The notes under the pieces were generated by a model. The model did not search any database, was not told the origin of the DNA, and saw only the letters and a program-made list of their open reading frames with translations. The position numbers were made by a program, and so were the translations under genes. From a virus (lineage: Duplodnaviria; Caudoviricetes), in the IMG/VR virus record IMGVR_UViG_3300025410_000009: 64,000 nt of DNA, one strand, 5' to 3'. Of the stretch, positions 54,985 through 64,000 are shown piece by piece (position 1 is the stretch's first letter; each line of letters opens with the position of its first letter).

Positions 54985-57894
54985 ATGGCCACCAGCGATC
55001 CCAACACACTGACCGGCGTATCTGGTGATCAAATAACCAGCAATCCTGCATATAAAAAAGCCTATGACTGGGCCCTGGCTCGCCAACCCAATCCTAAATC
55101 AGCCTCGGCCATACAGTCGGCGCAGGCCTATGCCGCCTCTGTGGCAAAAGATGCCATAGCTCGCGATGCTGCTGCTGGTCAAACTGCAGCCGGAGCAGTC
55201 AAAAAAACAGCACCAGCTCAACCAGCAGCAACTCCAGCGTCATACGATGCCTTAGATGAGGCCAGTGGATTTAATCCCTATTACAAAGATCCAGTTACAG
55301 ACAAAGTGGTCAAAGCCAAACCCACATCGGTATCGTACGATGCACTAGATGAAGCAGCTGGTTTTAATCCCTATTACAAAGACACCACAGCCGAGGATGC
55401 ACTGGCCGCAGCACAAAAAGCCCAAGAGCTGGCCAATTCTACAGCAAACACTTCGGGCGAGCAAACTCAGCAAGATCAGGATCAAGCTAAGACTGCAGCT
55501 GCCGCTCCCGCAGCGCAAGGATCCATACCCGGTAGACCCAATCCCCTAGATCAATATCCTGACTATACCTACAATCTAAGTATGCACATTGTACCACCAG
55601 CCAAGTACAATGACTTGATGAACAATCCAACACCGTATGTGCCCAGTTATAACGGTGTTGGCACTGTGTTGATTGCCAGCGGTGGTCGTCGCACAGAAGG
55701 TACTTTTGCTCGTCATCCCAAATTCAATGAAGATTTCTACTTTGGCGAATTTAAAATGCAGACCGTGGTTGGTCAAAATGCCCGCGGCAAAAATTCTAAT
55801 GTGATATCAATGTCGTTCACCCTAATTGAACCATACGGGTTCACCTTTTTTGATCGATTGCTGGCAGTGGCCAACGAAATTGATGCAAAAAACTGGGGAG
55901 AAATGCCATTCCTAATGCAAATAGATTTTCTTGGCAACAGTGATACTGGTATGCCTTTGCACCCAATCCCGGATCAAACCAAATATATACCATTCAAGAT
56001 GATTGGTGTCAAGGCAAAAGTGTCGGTTAGAGGTGCCGAATATCAGTGTCAGGCCATACCGTATCACCATGCAGCTTACAGTGAAAGCAATGTTAGTACT
56101 CCAATTAACTTGGAAGTAACAGCCAAAAGTGTCAAAGAATTTTTTAGTTCTACTGGAAGTTCGGGCGACATTAACACAATTAAACAAGTAAATGATGCAG
56201 TTGCACAGCGACAAGAAACCGAGTTATCCAAGTCCAAATATGCCAAAAATCCCAAGGATGCCGAAGCTGCAGCCCGCAAGAAATACTCTGCAGTAAATCA
56301 AGCCATATCTAATGCACCGCATCTGGTGGGCAGTTATACCGCCGCAGTCAATGCCTACCAAAAAGAACTGGTTAAAAATCAAAATCAGAATCATCCAACC
56401 ATATACGAATTCCAGTTTGATCCACTTTTTGCAAGTTCCCCGCTGACATATCCGCCAAAAACTTCTAGCCGCCGCACACCTATGCCGGATCCGGTCAAAA
56501 ACGAAGTCAACGCTGCTAGATCAGCTGCTGGTTTGCCAGTGATGGGTGTCAAGACCGAAGTTGAGGTTTTTCCAGTCAATGCTGGTACCAGCATAATTGA
56601 TGTGATCAATACTGTCATGCGTAGCAGCGAATTCATACGAAAACAATTCCCAGATCCAAAAACGCTAACAGCAAACACTAGCGGGCAGGAGTTGGCCGAC
56701 AAAGAAGGCAAGCCCATCACATGGTATAGAATAACCACCAAAATTAATCTAATGGATTTTGATGACAAACTAGACACCTACAGTAAAAAAATTACCTATT
56801 TTGTACAGCCCTACATTTACTACAATAGAAAATTTAAAGATGCACAGTTGTCAAAGCCTGGCACTTATACCAAGGCATACGACTACATCTACACTGGTAA
56901 AAACACCAGCATTTTAAATTTTGACATTGACTTTGATGTGTTGTTTTACACCATGATCACAGCACAGCGTGATAAGGTAACTGCCACTGTGGTGCAACAA
57001 AAAGACAAACCGCCACCAAAGCCCGAGCAAGGGGGAGTAGCCTCAACCGGCACACCGTTGCAGAGCAAACAGACCAAGTACATTTCCAGTAATGCCAATG
57101 TGCCTGATGCTAACAGCCCTGATGCTACTGCAGTTTTAGTAAACGATTTCAGCAAAAGCATGTTGAGCAAAAGCCGCGGCGACATGATCAGTGTGAATTT
57201 AAAAATCATTGGCGACCCCGAGCTCATCAAACAAGATGATGTTTACTTTAATCCGTCAAATAACCCTAGCCCGCCCGGGGTACTAATAGATGCAAACAAC
57301 AGCGTGGTGTTTGATGCTACAGAAATATTCGCACAATTGACATTCCGGACTCCGGTAGACATTGATGATGCCACTGGATTTATGAAATTTGATTCAGCAT
57401 CTACCACCAGTTCGTTCAGCGGGCTGTATAAGATGCTGACTGTGGATCACGAATTCCAAACTGGCCAATTTACACAGACTTTGCAGCTGGTACGAACCTG
57501 GGATCAAGCCAATCAAGTCACACCTGAGATACCCAGCAAAGATAGTCAAACTCAGCGCAAAGAAACTGAAGCCCCCACCAAAGCAGTTACACCAGCTACC
57601 GCTGCAGCTGATTCGTCGGCCAATGCCCTGGATGAAGCTAGAGGATTCAATCCCTATTACGATGATCCAGCCGCAAATACCAAAACTGACACAGCCAAGG
57701 CAGTACCAGAGCCAGCCGCAAATACCAACAACCCCAATACAACAAAAAACAAAAACGAACAAGCGGCAGCACGTAATAGTCAACAAAAAGCATTGACAAA
57801 CGCTAAGTTAGACCCAAAATTGGTAGATATGCTTAGATGGCAACAGCATAAAACTGTTATTCGCCCCGAAGAAGGAAATGGCCCAGGATTATGA
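54985..57894 (+). CDS. Baseplate hub protein (gp27-like) with low-complexity terminal extensions
   Basis: 969 aa between gp53 and gp5; NPLDQYPDYTYNLS, FTLIEPYG, LKIIGDP and FTQTLQLVR motifs. Confidence 0.62.
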   Translation: MATSDPNTLTGVSGDQITSNPAYKKAYDWALARQPNPKSASAIQSAQAYAASVAKDAIARDAAAGQTAAGAVKKTAPAQPAATPASYDALDEASGFNPYYKDPVTDKVVKAKPTSVSYDALDEAAGFNPYYKDTTAEDALAAAQKAQELANSTANTSGEQTQQDQDQAKTAAAAPAAQGSIPGRPNPLDQYPDYTYNLSMHIVPPAKYNDLMNNPTPYVPSYNGVGTVLIASGGRRTEGTFARHPKFNEDFYFGEFKMQTVVGQNARGKNSNVISMSFTLIEPYGFTFFDRLLAVANEIDAKNWGEMPFLMQIDFLGNSDTGMPLHPIPDQTKYIPFKMIGVKAKVSVRGAEYQCQAIPYHHAAYSESNVSTPINLEVTAKSVKEFFSSTGSSGDINTIKQVNDAVAQRQETELSKSKYAKNPKDAEAAARKKYSAVNQAISNAPHLVGSYTAAVNAYQKELVKNQNQNHPTIYEFQFDPLFASSPLTYPPKTSSRRTPMPDPVKNEVNAARSAAGLPVMGVKTEVEVFPVNAGTSIIDVINTVMRSSEFIRKQFPDPKTLTANTSGQELADKEGKPITWYRITTKINLMDFDDKLDTYSKKITYFVQPYIYYNRKFKDAQLSKPGTYTKAYDYIYTGKNTSILNFDIDFDVLFYTMITAQRDKVTATVVQQKDKPPPKPEQGGVASTGTPLQSKQTKYISSNANVPDANSPDATAVLVNDFSKSMLSKSRGDMISVNLKIIGDPELIKQDDVYFNPSNNPSPPGVLIDANNSVVFDATEIFAQLTFRTPVDIDDATGFMKFDSASTTSSFSGLYKMLTVDHEFQTGQFTQTLQLVRTWDQANQVTPEIPSKDSQTQRKETEAPTKAVTPATAAADSSANALDEARGFNPYYDDPAANTKTDTAKAVPEPAANTNNPNTTKNKNEQAAARNSQQKALTNAKLDPKLVDMLRWQQHKTVIRPEEGNGPGL

Positions 57895-60101
57895 CAACAG
57901 ATAGACGAGTAGGTAAACAAGCGCCCGATCAATTCCGCCGTGAGGAAACAGCCACCAGGCTTGATACCGGGCCCTATATTGGTAAAGTGATGAACAACAT
58001 AGACCCCACTAGATCGGGTCGGTTGCAGGTCTATATACCTGATTTGAGCAGCGGTGACGAAACATCGCAAGGCAATTGGCGAACTGTGGCCTACGCCAGC
58101 CCATTCTTTGGCAGTACCACACAGCCTGACTCTAACAAGCAGAACGCATTCAGCAAGGTACGTCACACCTATGGTTTTTGGGCAGTGCCGCCCGACATTG
58201 GCAACTTTGTGTTATGCACATTTGTTGCTGGTGATCCTGCACGTGGATTTTGGTTTGCCTGTATTCCCAATCAGCTGGGACACATGATGGTACCGGGTAT
58301 TGCTGGCACTTACAAAGTTGATGATGCCACCATCGAAGATGCCAACGTGGCAGCTGCCTACGATTTTGGCCCTACAGTAACATCAGAATTCAATGAAAAC
58401 ACCGGCGATCTTGATTGGTATAAATTTGCATTGCTCAAAAAGCCCATACACGAAGAAATCTTCAAAGTCTTGCTCGAGCAAGGTCTAGAAACCGATTATA
58501 TTCGAGGCATCATATCCAGTAGCAGCCAACGCGAAACTCCCAGCACAGTATTTGGTATGAGTACTCCCGGCAGACCACTCAATGATCCAGCTGGTTCCAG
58601 TACACAGGAAAGCAAAATAGCATCAGGCGACATTGCGCCCGGCGAGTATAAAATTGGTGCTAGAAAAGGTGGCCACACGTTTGTTATGGACGACGGTAAC
58701 TGGCAAGGCAAGGATCAGCTGATACGTCTTCGTACCGCCGGCGGTCACCAGCTGTTGATGAACGACAGCGAGCACATACTTTATATTGGCAACAGCGATG
58801 GCAGTGTCTGGGTTGAAATGACCGGCCCGGGTCACCTGAACATTTTTGCTGCCGCCAGCGTTAATGTGCGAGCACAGGGCGATTTGAATTTCCACGCCGA
58901 CAACGATATAAATTTTCACGCTGGTGGATCATTTAATGTACATGCAGCCAACAGTTTAAATCTACAGAGCACTAAGATAGCAGTAAACTCTGCTCAAGAA
59001 TTGACTTTGTTTGGTGGCAAAGTTGGTGTTGGCAGTAGTGGCGCCATGGATCTCAATGCTTCAGGTCCTGCCAGCTATACCAGTAGCGGAGATAATTTAA
59101 GATTTACTGGCAAGTTGGTAACACTCAATGAAGGTTCCGGGCCTGCTGTTCGTCGCCCTATGGCAATAAAGATGAATGCCTTAAGCGACACCGGCAAAGA
59201 CGGCCTAGTTTGGAAAAGTGTAGACGGAGCTCTAGATACTATTGTACCAATCGCACCCACACACGAACCCTGGAGTTATCATTTGTCAACCAAACTGGCT
59301 GGGTCAGTGAGTGTGACTGCAAAACCACCAGTGGCTCTCCCTGAAGGCGGTACATCCGGCAACACCGCTACGGCCAGTGATGGAGTTACCACTCGCTCGC
59401 TACGCAGCAACAACGTGACATCGGGTGCAGCACCCGCTAAAGACTTGCCGGTTGTGGAGTGTAAGGGTGGCAAACCAGTGGGCGCAGGCCCCGAAGCTGC
59501 ACAGAATCAGGGAGTAAAAAATCCTGTAAACCAGAGTTATCTAAATAGAAATGATAATCCAGCTCCGCCAGGTCCGGTGGGACCACTGACACAAACACAG
59601 ACCAAGGCCTTAATGACACAGCTGGGTTGGAACGAAAGCAGCTTCAACTACGGCGTGGCCAACCAGTACAATTATCTAGGCAAATATCAAGTGGGTGCAC
59701 CGGTGCTGGCTGATCAAGGCTATATCAAACGTGATGCAGTACAATTGTACGGCAACAAAGCAGTTAACTATCCCAACTCATGGACTGGCAAAGACGGAAT
59801 AACCAGCAGGGAAAGTTTCTTGAGCAGTACTGATACACAAGAAAAAGTAATGTATGCCCTGCTAAACTCTAACTACAAGACACTGACTAGAATTGGTGCC
59901 TTGCAGTCAGGAGATGATCTCTGTGCAGTGGCCGGTATGTTGGCAGCCAGCCACTTGATTGGTGCTGGCGGCGCCAAGAACTGGCGCGACACTGGTGGCG
60001 GCAGCGACGCAAACGGCACAACAGGTACTCAGTACTACAACATGGGTCGCTATGCAGTTGATGTGCTGGCAGCTAACAATACCAATAATCAGCAGGCTTA
60101 A
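57891..60101 (+). CDS. gp5: Baseplate central spike with OB-fold and C-terminal lysozyme-like domain
   Basis: GKVMNNIDPTRSGRLQVYIP, GHTFVMDD, LRTAGGHQLLMND; C-terminal NES.FNY...NYLGKYQ...MLAASHLIGAGG. Confidence 0.82.
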   Translation: MTTDRRVGKQAPDQFRREETATRLDTGPYIGKVMNNIDPTRSGRLQVYIPDLSSGDETSQGNWRTVAYASPFFGSTTQPDSNKQNAFSKVRHTYGFWAVPPDIGNFVLCTFVAGDPARGFWFACIPNQLGHMMVPGIAGTYKVDDATIEDANVAAAYDFGPTVTSEFNENTGDLDWYKFALLKKPIHEEIFKVLLEQGLETDYIRGIISSSSQRETPSTVFGMSTPGRPLNDPAGSSTQESKIASGDIAPGEYKIGARKGGHTFVMDDGNWQGKDQLIRLRTAGGHQLLMNDSEHILYIGNSDGSVWVEMTGPGHLNIFAAASVNVRAQGDLNFHADNDINFHAGGSFNVHAANSLNLQSTKIAVNSAQELTLFGGKVGVGSSGAMDLNASGPASYTSSGDNLRFTGKLVTLNEGSGPAVRRPMAIKMNALSDTGKDGLVWKSVDGALDTIVPIAPTHEPWSYHLSTKLAGSVSVTAKPPVALPEGGTSGNTATASDGVTTRSLRSNNVTSGAAPAKDLPVVECKGGKPVGAGPEAAQNQGVKNPVNQSYLNRNDNPAPPGPVGPLTQTQTKALMTQLGWNESSFNYGVANQYNYLGKYQVGAPVLADQGYIKRDAVQLYGNKAVNYPNSWTGKDGITSRESFLSSTDTQEKVMYALLNSNYKTLTRIGALQSGDDLCAVAGMLAASHLIGAGGAKNWRDTGGGSDANGTTGTQYYNMGRYAVDVLAANNTNNQQA

Positions 60102-60108
60102 ATACAGT

Positions 60109-60483
60109 ATGACTACTACGTACAAGGGATTTAGCACCTACAACCGAATTAATAAATTTCGTTTGACCGATTTTGCCTTGGTCAAACAAGATTTGTTCAA
60201 CAGTTTTCAAATCCGTCAGGGTGAAAAACTAATGAATCCCAGCTTCGGCACCATTATCTGGAACATGATATTTGAGCCATTTACACCAGATGTACGGCAA
60301 GCCATCATCAAAGACATCAAGCGTTTGGCGTCATATGATCCACGCTTGGCAGTGAATTCTGTTGTTGTCACCGAATACGAACAAGGTATACAAATCTCTT
60401 TGGACTTGACCTATATACCAACAAATCAGACCGAACGCATGAACCTGCAGTTTGATCAAAAAACTGGATTACATGCCGGCTGA
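60109..60483 (+). CDS. gp25: Baseplate wedge subunit
   Basis: Start re-called at ATG 60109; RQGEKLMNPSFG..IW..IFEP and DPRL motifs. Confidence 0.88.
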   Translation: MTTTYKGFSTYNRINKFRLTDFALVKQDLFNSFQIRQGEKLMNPSFGTIIWNMIFEPFTPDVRQAIIKDIKRLASYDPRLAVNSVVVTEYEQGIQISLDLTYIPTNQTERMNLQFDQKTGLHAG

Positions 60484-60535
60484 TAAACAGCGCATATTTT
60501 AATACAAATAAATACTAGATACTGGGCGTAACCGA

Positions 60536-63500
60536 ATGGCAATCAACACACGACAAAATAGTTTACTGGTAACAGAAAATTGGAAGAAGATCTATCAAAC
60601 CTTCCAAGAAGCTGATTTTACCAGCTATGACTTTGAGACCTTGCGTAAGAGCATGATTGACTACTTGCGCCTGTACTATCCTGAAGATTTCAACGACTTC
60701 ATTGAAAGCAGCGAATTTGTTGCCTTGATTGACCTAATAGCTTTCATGGGTCAAAGTCTTGCCTTCCGGACCGACTTGAATGCTCGTGAAAACTTTATTG
60801 ACACCGCTGAACGTCGCGACAGTATTCTTAAACTGGCACGCTTAATCAGTTACAACCCCAAACGCAACATAGCCGCCAGCGGATTGTTAAAAATACAAAG
60901 CATAAACACCACAGAAACCTTGTACGACAGCAATGGTTTGAATCTCAGTGGCCTAGTGGTCAACTGGAACGATCAAAGCAACGACAATTGGCTAGAGCAA
61001 TTTACCACAATTCTTAATGCTGCCTTGGTCACTAGCCAAGTGGTGGGCAAGCCCGGTAATTCACAAACCATCAATGGCATACTCACTGAAGAATATGCAC
61101 TGAATCTTATACCTAATGTGTTGGGTGTGTATGCGTTTAGAAGTCAAGTTGAAGACAGCACATTTGACTTTGAAGCAGTCAGTGCAACCAGTGCTGGTCA
61201 ACCCTACATTTACGAAGTTCCTCCCAGCTCATCGTCGATATTTAATTTGTTGTATCGCAACGACAACTACGGCAATGGATCAACCAATACTGGATTTTTT
61301 GTATACTTCAAGCAAGGTACATTGACCAGCAAAGATTTTAATTTAGCAGACTCGCTACCGAATCGTGTGGTGCCGTTTACCGACGGCGATGTAAATAACT
61401 CTGATGTTTGGTTGTATAGCCTAGATACCAACAACAACATACAAAATTTGTGGACTCAAGTGCCAGCCGTGAGTGGCACCGGCATCAATGTGATTTACAA
61501 CAAACAAAGCCAGCGCAACCTGTATCAAGTCAACACCAAGGTTGGAGATCAAATTGATCTAGTGTTTGGTGATGGCAGTTTTGCCAACATCCCAATTGGA
61601 CCATTTAGAACTTACTACAGAACCAGCAATGGTCTGTCGTACAAGATCACTCCAGCTGAGATGTCAAACATCATTATAACATTCACCTATGTCAGTAGAA
61701 CCGGGCGTAGTGAAACACTGTCTATCACTGCCAGTTTGCAGTACACAGTGAACAATGCTGCATCTAGAGAAACTGCAGCCGACATAAAACAAAACGCACC
61801 GCAGCAGTACTATACTCAAAACCGCATGATCACCGGGGAAGATTACAATATTCTTCCTTTTACCAGTTTTACCACTGTGGTCAAGGCCAAAGGCATCAAT
61901 AGAACCAGCTCGGGTATCAGTCGTTATCTTGATACCTTAGATCCCAGCGGCAAGTACTCTAGTACAAATATTTTTGCTGCTGACGGCCTTCTGTATCAGG
62001 ATGATGGTATCAAGACTTTTAGTTTTACAGTATCGTCGTTTACCAATGTCATGAACATTGTGAACCAGCAAGTGGCCAAGGACATTGTGGCCTCCACCGA
62101 ACTGCAGCAATTCTATTATTCATATATTGTAAAACCCAATCAGTCTGAATATTTGCCCACTGGCTACACCTGGCATTTGAGCACAGTGGGCAGTAATGCT
62201 GCCACTGGTTATTTTGTGTTCAATAATAGACCTGCACAAATTGGTTCAATTGTGCAAAACAATGCCAAGTACTTGGCCAAAGGCGCCATAGTTAGATTTG
62301 CAGCACAGGATGGTTATCATTTTGATGCCACCAATAACATGCTGCCTGGATCAGTTTTGTCGGTTACTGACAAAAAATATATCTATGCTGCTGTGGTTGA
62401 GGTGCTGGGCGATGGTACCAACTCGGGTGCTGGTAACTTTGCCAACGGTCAAGGGCCTGTGACTTTGAACATCAAAGTGCCTGCAGGTGCTGTAATTGAT
62501 GCAGTATATCCAGTTTGGAAAAACAATTTCAGCAATACATTTGTGAGTCAAGTAGTTGGCTTGATCAACGGATTTAAAAACTTTGGCATTGGTTATGACA
62601 GCATGACCCAGACCTGGAGAATCATCACCAGCGACAATTTAAACATCACTGGCACATTTGGCAACTACGAAGGTGACACCAGTGGCACTGGACTAGATGA
62701 CAATTGGCTGATACGCTTCTCGTTTGATGGAGCCACTTATACAGCGTTTTATCGCGGCTTGTCGTACATTTTCCAAAGTGCTGGTGAAACCACATTCTAC
62801 TATGATCCCAAACTAAAAGTTTACGATCCCAAGTCGGGTACTGTGCTACAAGATCAAATCACTGTGCTAAAAACCAATTCGTCGGCTGCAGCACCAACAC
62901 CCATTGGCAGTGATTACACTTGGTATGTGTACAAAAACTTAATTGCCGATGACGGTTTTGTAAACCAAGACAAAGTTTTTGTAACCTATGCTGACACCAA
63001 CAATGATGGCATTCCTGACAATCCTGATCTGTTTGGTGACATTGTTGACGCTCCTGCACAATATGTTTATTTTAAATCAGTCACTGGCTACAACAGATTT
63101 AACGATCTAGTGGCAGTGGACAATACCACAGTATGCAGTCTTTATCCGACTCTGATCGCCATTGGCAATCATGTAAATTTATTCACCAATGGTCAGTTGT
63201 TTTATGCCACTGCAGAAGATGCATTCTACCAATTGTCAAGCGGCACGCTGGTGGCATTGAGCAATTACCAAATGCGAGTGGGACGACAAAACTTGATGTT
63301 CCAGTATCGCCATAACAGTCCTGATTATCGCAGAATTGATCCTAGCTCGACCAATATTGTCAATTTGTATCTTTTGACTTCGACCTATTCAACCGATTAC
63401 TTCAACTGGATACGCGACACCAGCAATACCATTGCCATGCCCAGTCAGCCAACTCCGCAAGAACTAAGCGACAGTTATGGTGCAACACTGACCAATCTAC

Positions 63501-63937
63501 GCAGCATAAGCGACACCATAGTGTTTAATAGTGCAGTCTTTAAACCCATCTTTGGATACAAAGCCGACTATGCTTTGCAGGCAAAATTCCAAGTGATTAA
63601 AAACCCTAGCATTTCTACCAGCGATAACGATATTAAAACATCAGTGATCAATGCTATCAATGCTTACTTTGATATCAGCAACTGGGACTTTGGCGAAACA
63701 TTCTACTTTAGTGAATTGAGCGCTTACTTGCACCAGGCCCTAGTACCCAGCATAGCATCTATCATCATGGTGCCCATGGACAGCTCGGCCACATTTGGCA
63801 GTCTGTATCAAATAAATGCCGAACCCAACGAAATTATTGTTAGTGCAGCCACAGTAGAAAATGTGGAAATAATCACTGCAATCACTGCAAGTCAATTGAA
63901 CGTAAATCTTTCAAACATAAACAACAGCGTGTTTTAA
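60536..63937 (+). CDS. gp6: Baseplate wedge subunit
   Basis: DFNDFIESSE, NARENFIDTAERRDS, YNPKR and QNRMITGEDY motifs. Confidence 0.88.
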   Translation: MAINTRQNSLLVTENWKKIYQTFQEADFTSYDFETLRKSMIDYLRLYYPEDFNDFIESSEFVALIDLIAFMGQSLAFRTDLNARENFIDTAERRDSILKLARLISYNPKRNIAASGLLKIQSINTTETLYDSNGLNLSGLVVNWNDQSNDNWLEQFTTILNAALVTSQVVGKPGNSQTINGILTEEYALNLIPNVLGVYAFRSQVEDSTFDFEAVSATSAGQPYIYEVPPSSSSIFNLLYRNDNYGNGSTNTGFFVYFKQGTLTSKDFNLADSLPNRVVPFTDGDVNNSDVWLYSLDTNNNIQNLWTQVPAVSGTGINVIYNKQSQRNLYQVNTKVGDQIDLVFGDGSFANIPIGPFRTYYRTSNGLSYKITPAEMSNIIITFTYVSRTGRSETLSITASLQYTVNNAASRETAADIKQNAPQQYYTQNRMITGEDYNILPFTSFTTVVKAKGINRTSSGISRYLDTLDPSGKYSSTNIFAADGLLYQDDGIKTFSFTVSSFTNVMNIVNQQVAKDIVASTELQQFYYSYIVKPNQSEYLPTGYTWHLSTVGSNAATGYFVFNNRPAQIGSIVQNNAKYLAKGAIVRFAAQDGYHFDATNNMLPGSVLSVTDKKYIYAAVVEVLGDGTNSGAGNFANGQGPVTLNIKVPAGAVIDAVYPVWKNNFSNTFVSQVVGLINGFKNFGIGYDSMTQTWRIITSDNLNITGTFGNYEGDTSGTGLDDNWLIRFSFDGATYTAFYRGLSYIFQSAGETTFYYDPKLKVYDPKSGTVLQDQITVLKTNSSAAAPTPIGSDYTWYVYKNLIADDGFVNQDKVFVTYADTNNDGIPDNPDLFGDIVDAPAQYVYFKSVTGYNRFNDLVAVDNTTVCSLYPTLIAIGNHVNLFTNGQLFYATAEDAFYQLSSGTLVALSNYQMRVGRQNLMFQYRHNSPDYRRIDPSSTNIVNLYLLTSTYSTDYFNWIRDTSNTIAMPSQPTPQELSDSYGATLTNLRSISDTIVFNSAVFKPIFGYKADYALQAKFQVIKNPSISTSDNDIKTSVINAINAYFDISNWDFGETFYFSELSAYLHQALVPSIASIIMVPMDSSATFGSLYQINAEPNEIIVSAATVENVEIITAITASQLNVNLSNINNSVF

Positions 63938-64000
63938 ATGCCAATAACAAGAACCCTAGATTTTTTACCTGGTATATTTCGTACCGAAACAAACAAAAAG
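63938..64000 (+). CDS. Start of the next baseplate wedge gene (gp7-like position), partial
   Basis: ATG directly after the gp6 TAA; MPITRTLDFLPGIFRTETNKK; only 21 codons visible. Confidence 0.5.
   Translation, partial: MPITRTLDFLPGIFRTETNKK

Overview
This 64 kb window is the virion and late-gene region of a large T4-like (T4-superfamily) myophage. It resembles uncultured aquatic large phages more than T4 itself; that placement is inference. Positions 1-36.4 kb (minus strand) are an unbroken array of about 21 fibre, adhesin and decoration-type genes. These include a 2284-aa collagen/LamG fibre, five polyglycine-rich domains, a 1729-aa protein with 14/15-aa repeats, and a recurring ~105-aa N-terminal module. 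Next is a small enzyme cassette (unknown 204-aa protein, stand-alone asparagine-synthetase-like amide ligase, cupin), then the head genes (gp23, gp22, gp21, core protein, gp20) and a tape-measure-like gene. A gp26/gp51-like pair follows, joined by an in-frame T TTT TTC -1 slippery site. After that come a ~414-nt end-paired, hairpin-dense candidate ncRNA directly downstream of a GIY-YIG nuclease, gp46/gp47, an enlarged gp55 late sigma factor, and baseplate genes (tube initiator, gp53, hub, gp5, gp25, gp6, start of the next wedge gene). T4-late-type (A)TAAATA boxes precede most structural genes, while sigma70-type promoters precede gp55 and gp47. The best candidates for undescribed biology are the GIY-YIG plus structured RNA locus (49.2-50.1 kb), the gp26/gp51 frameshift, and the late-promoter-driven amide-ligase/cupin cassette. 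All calls come from motifs read by eye; no database searches or folding programs were run.
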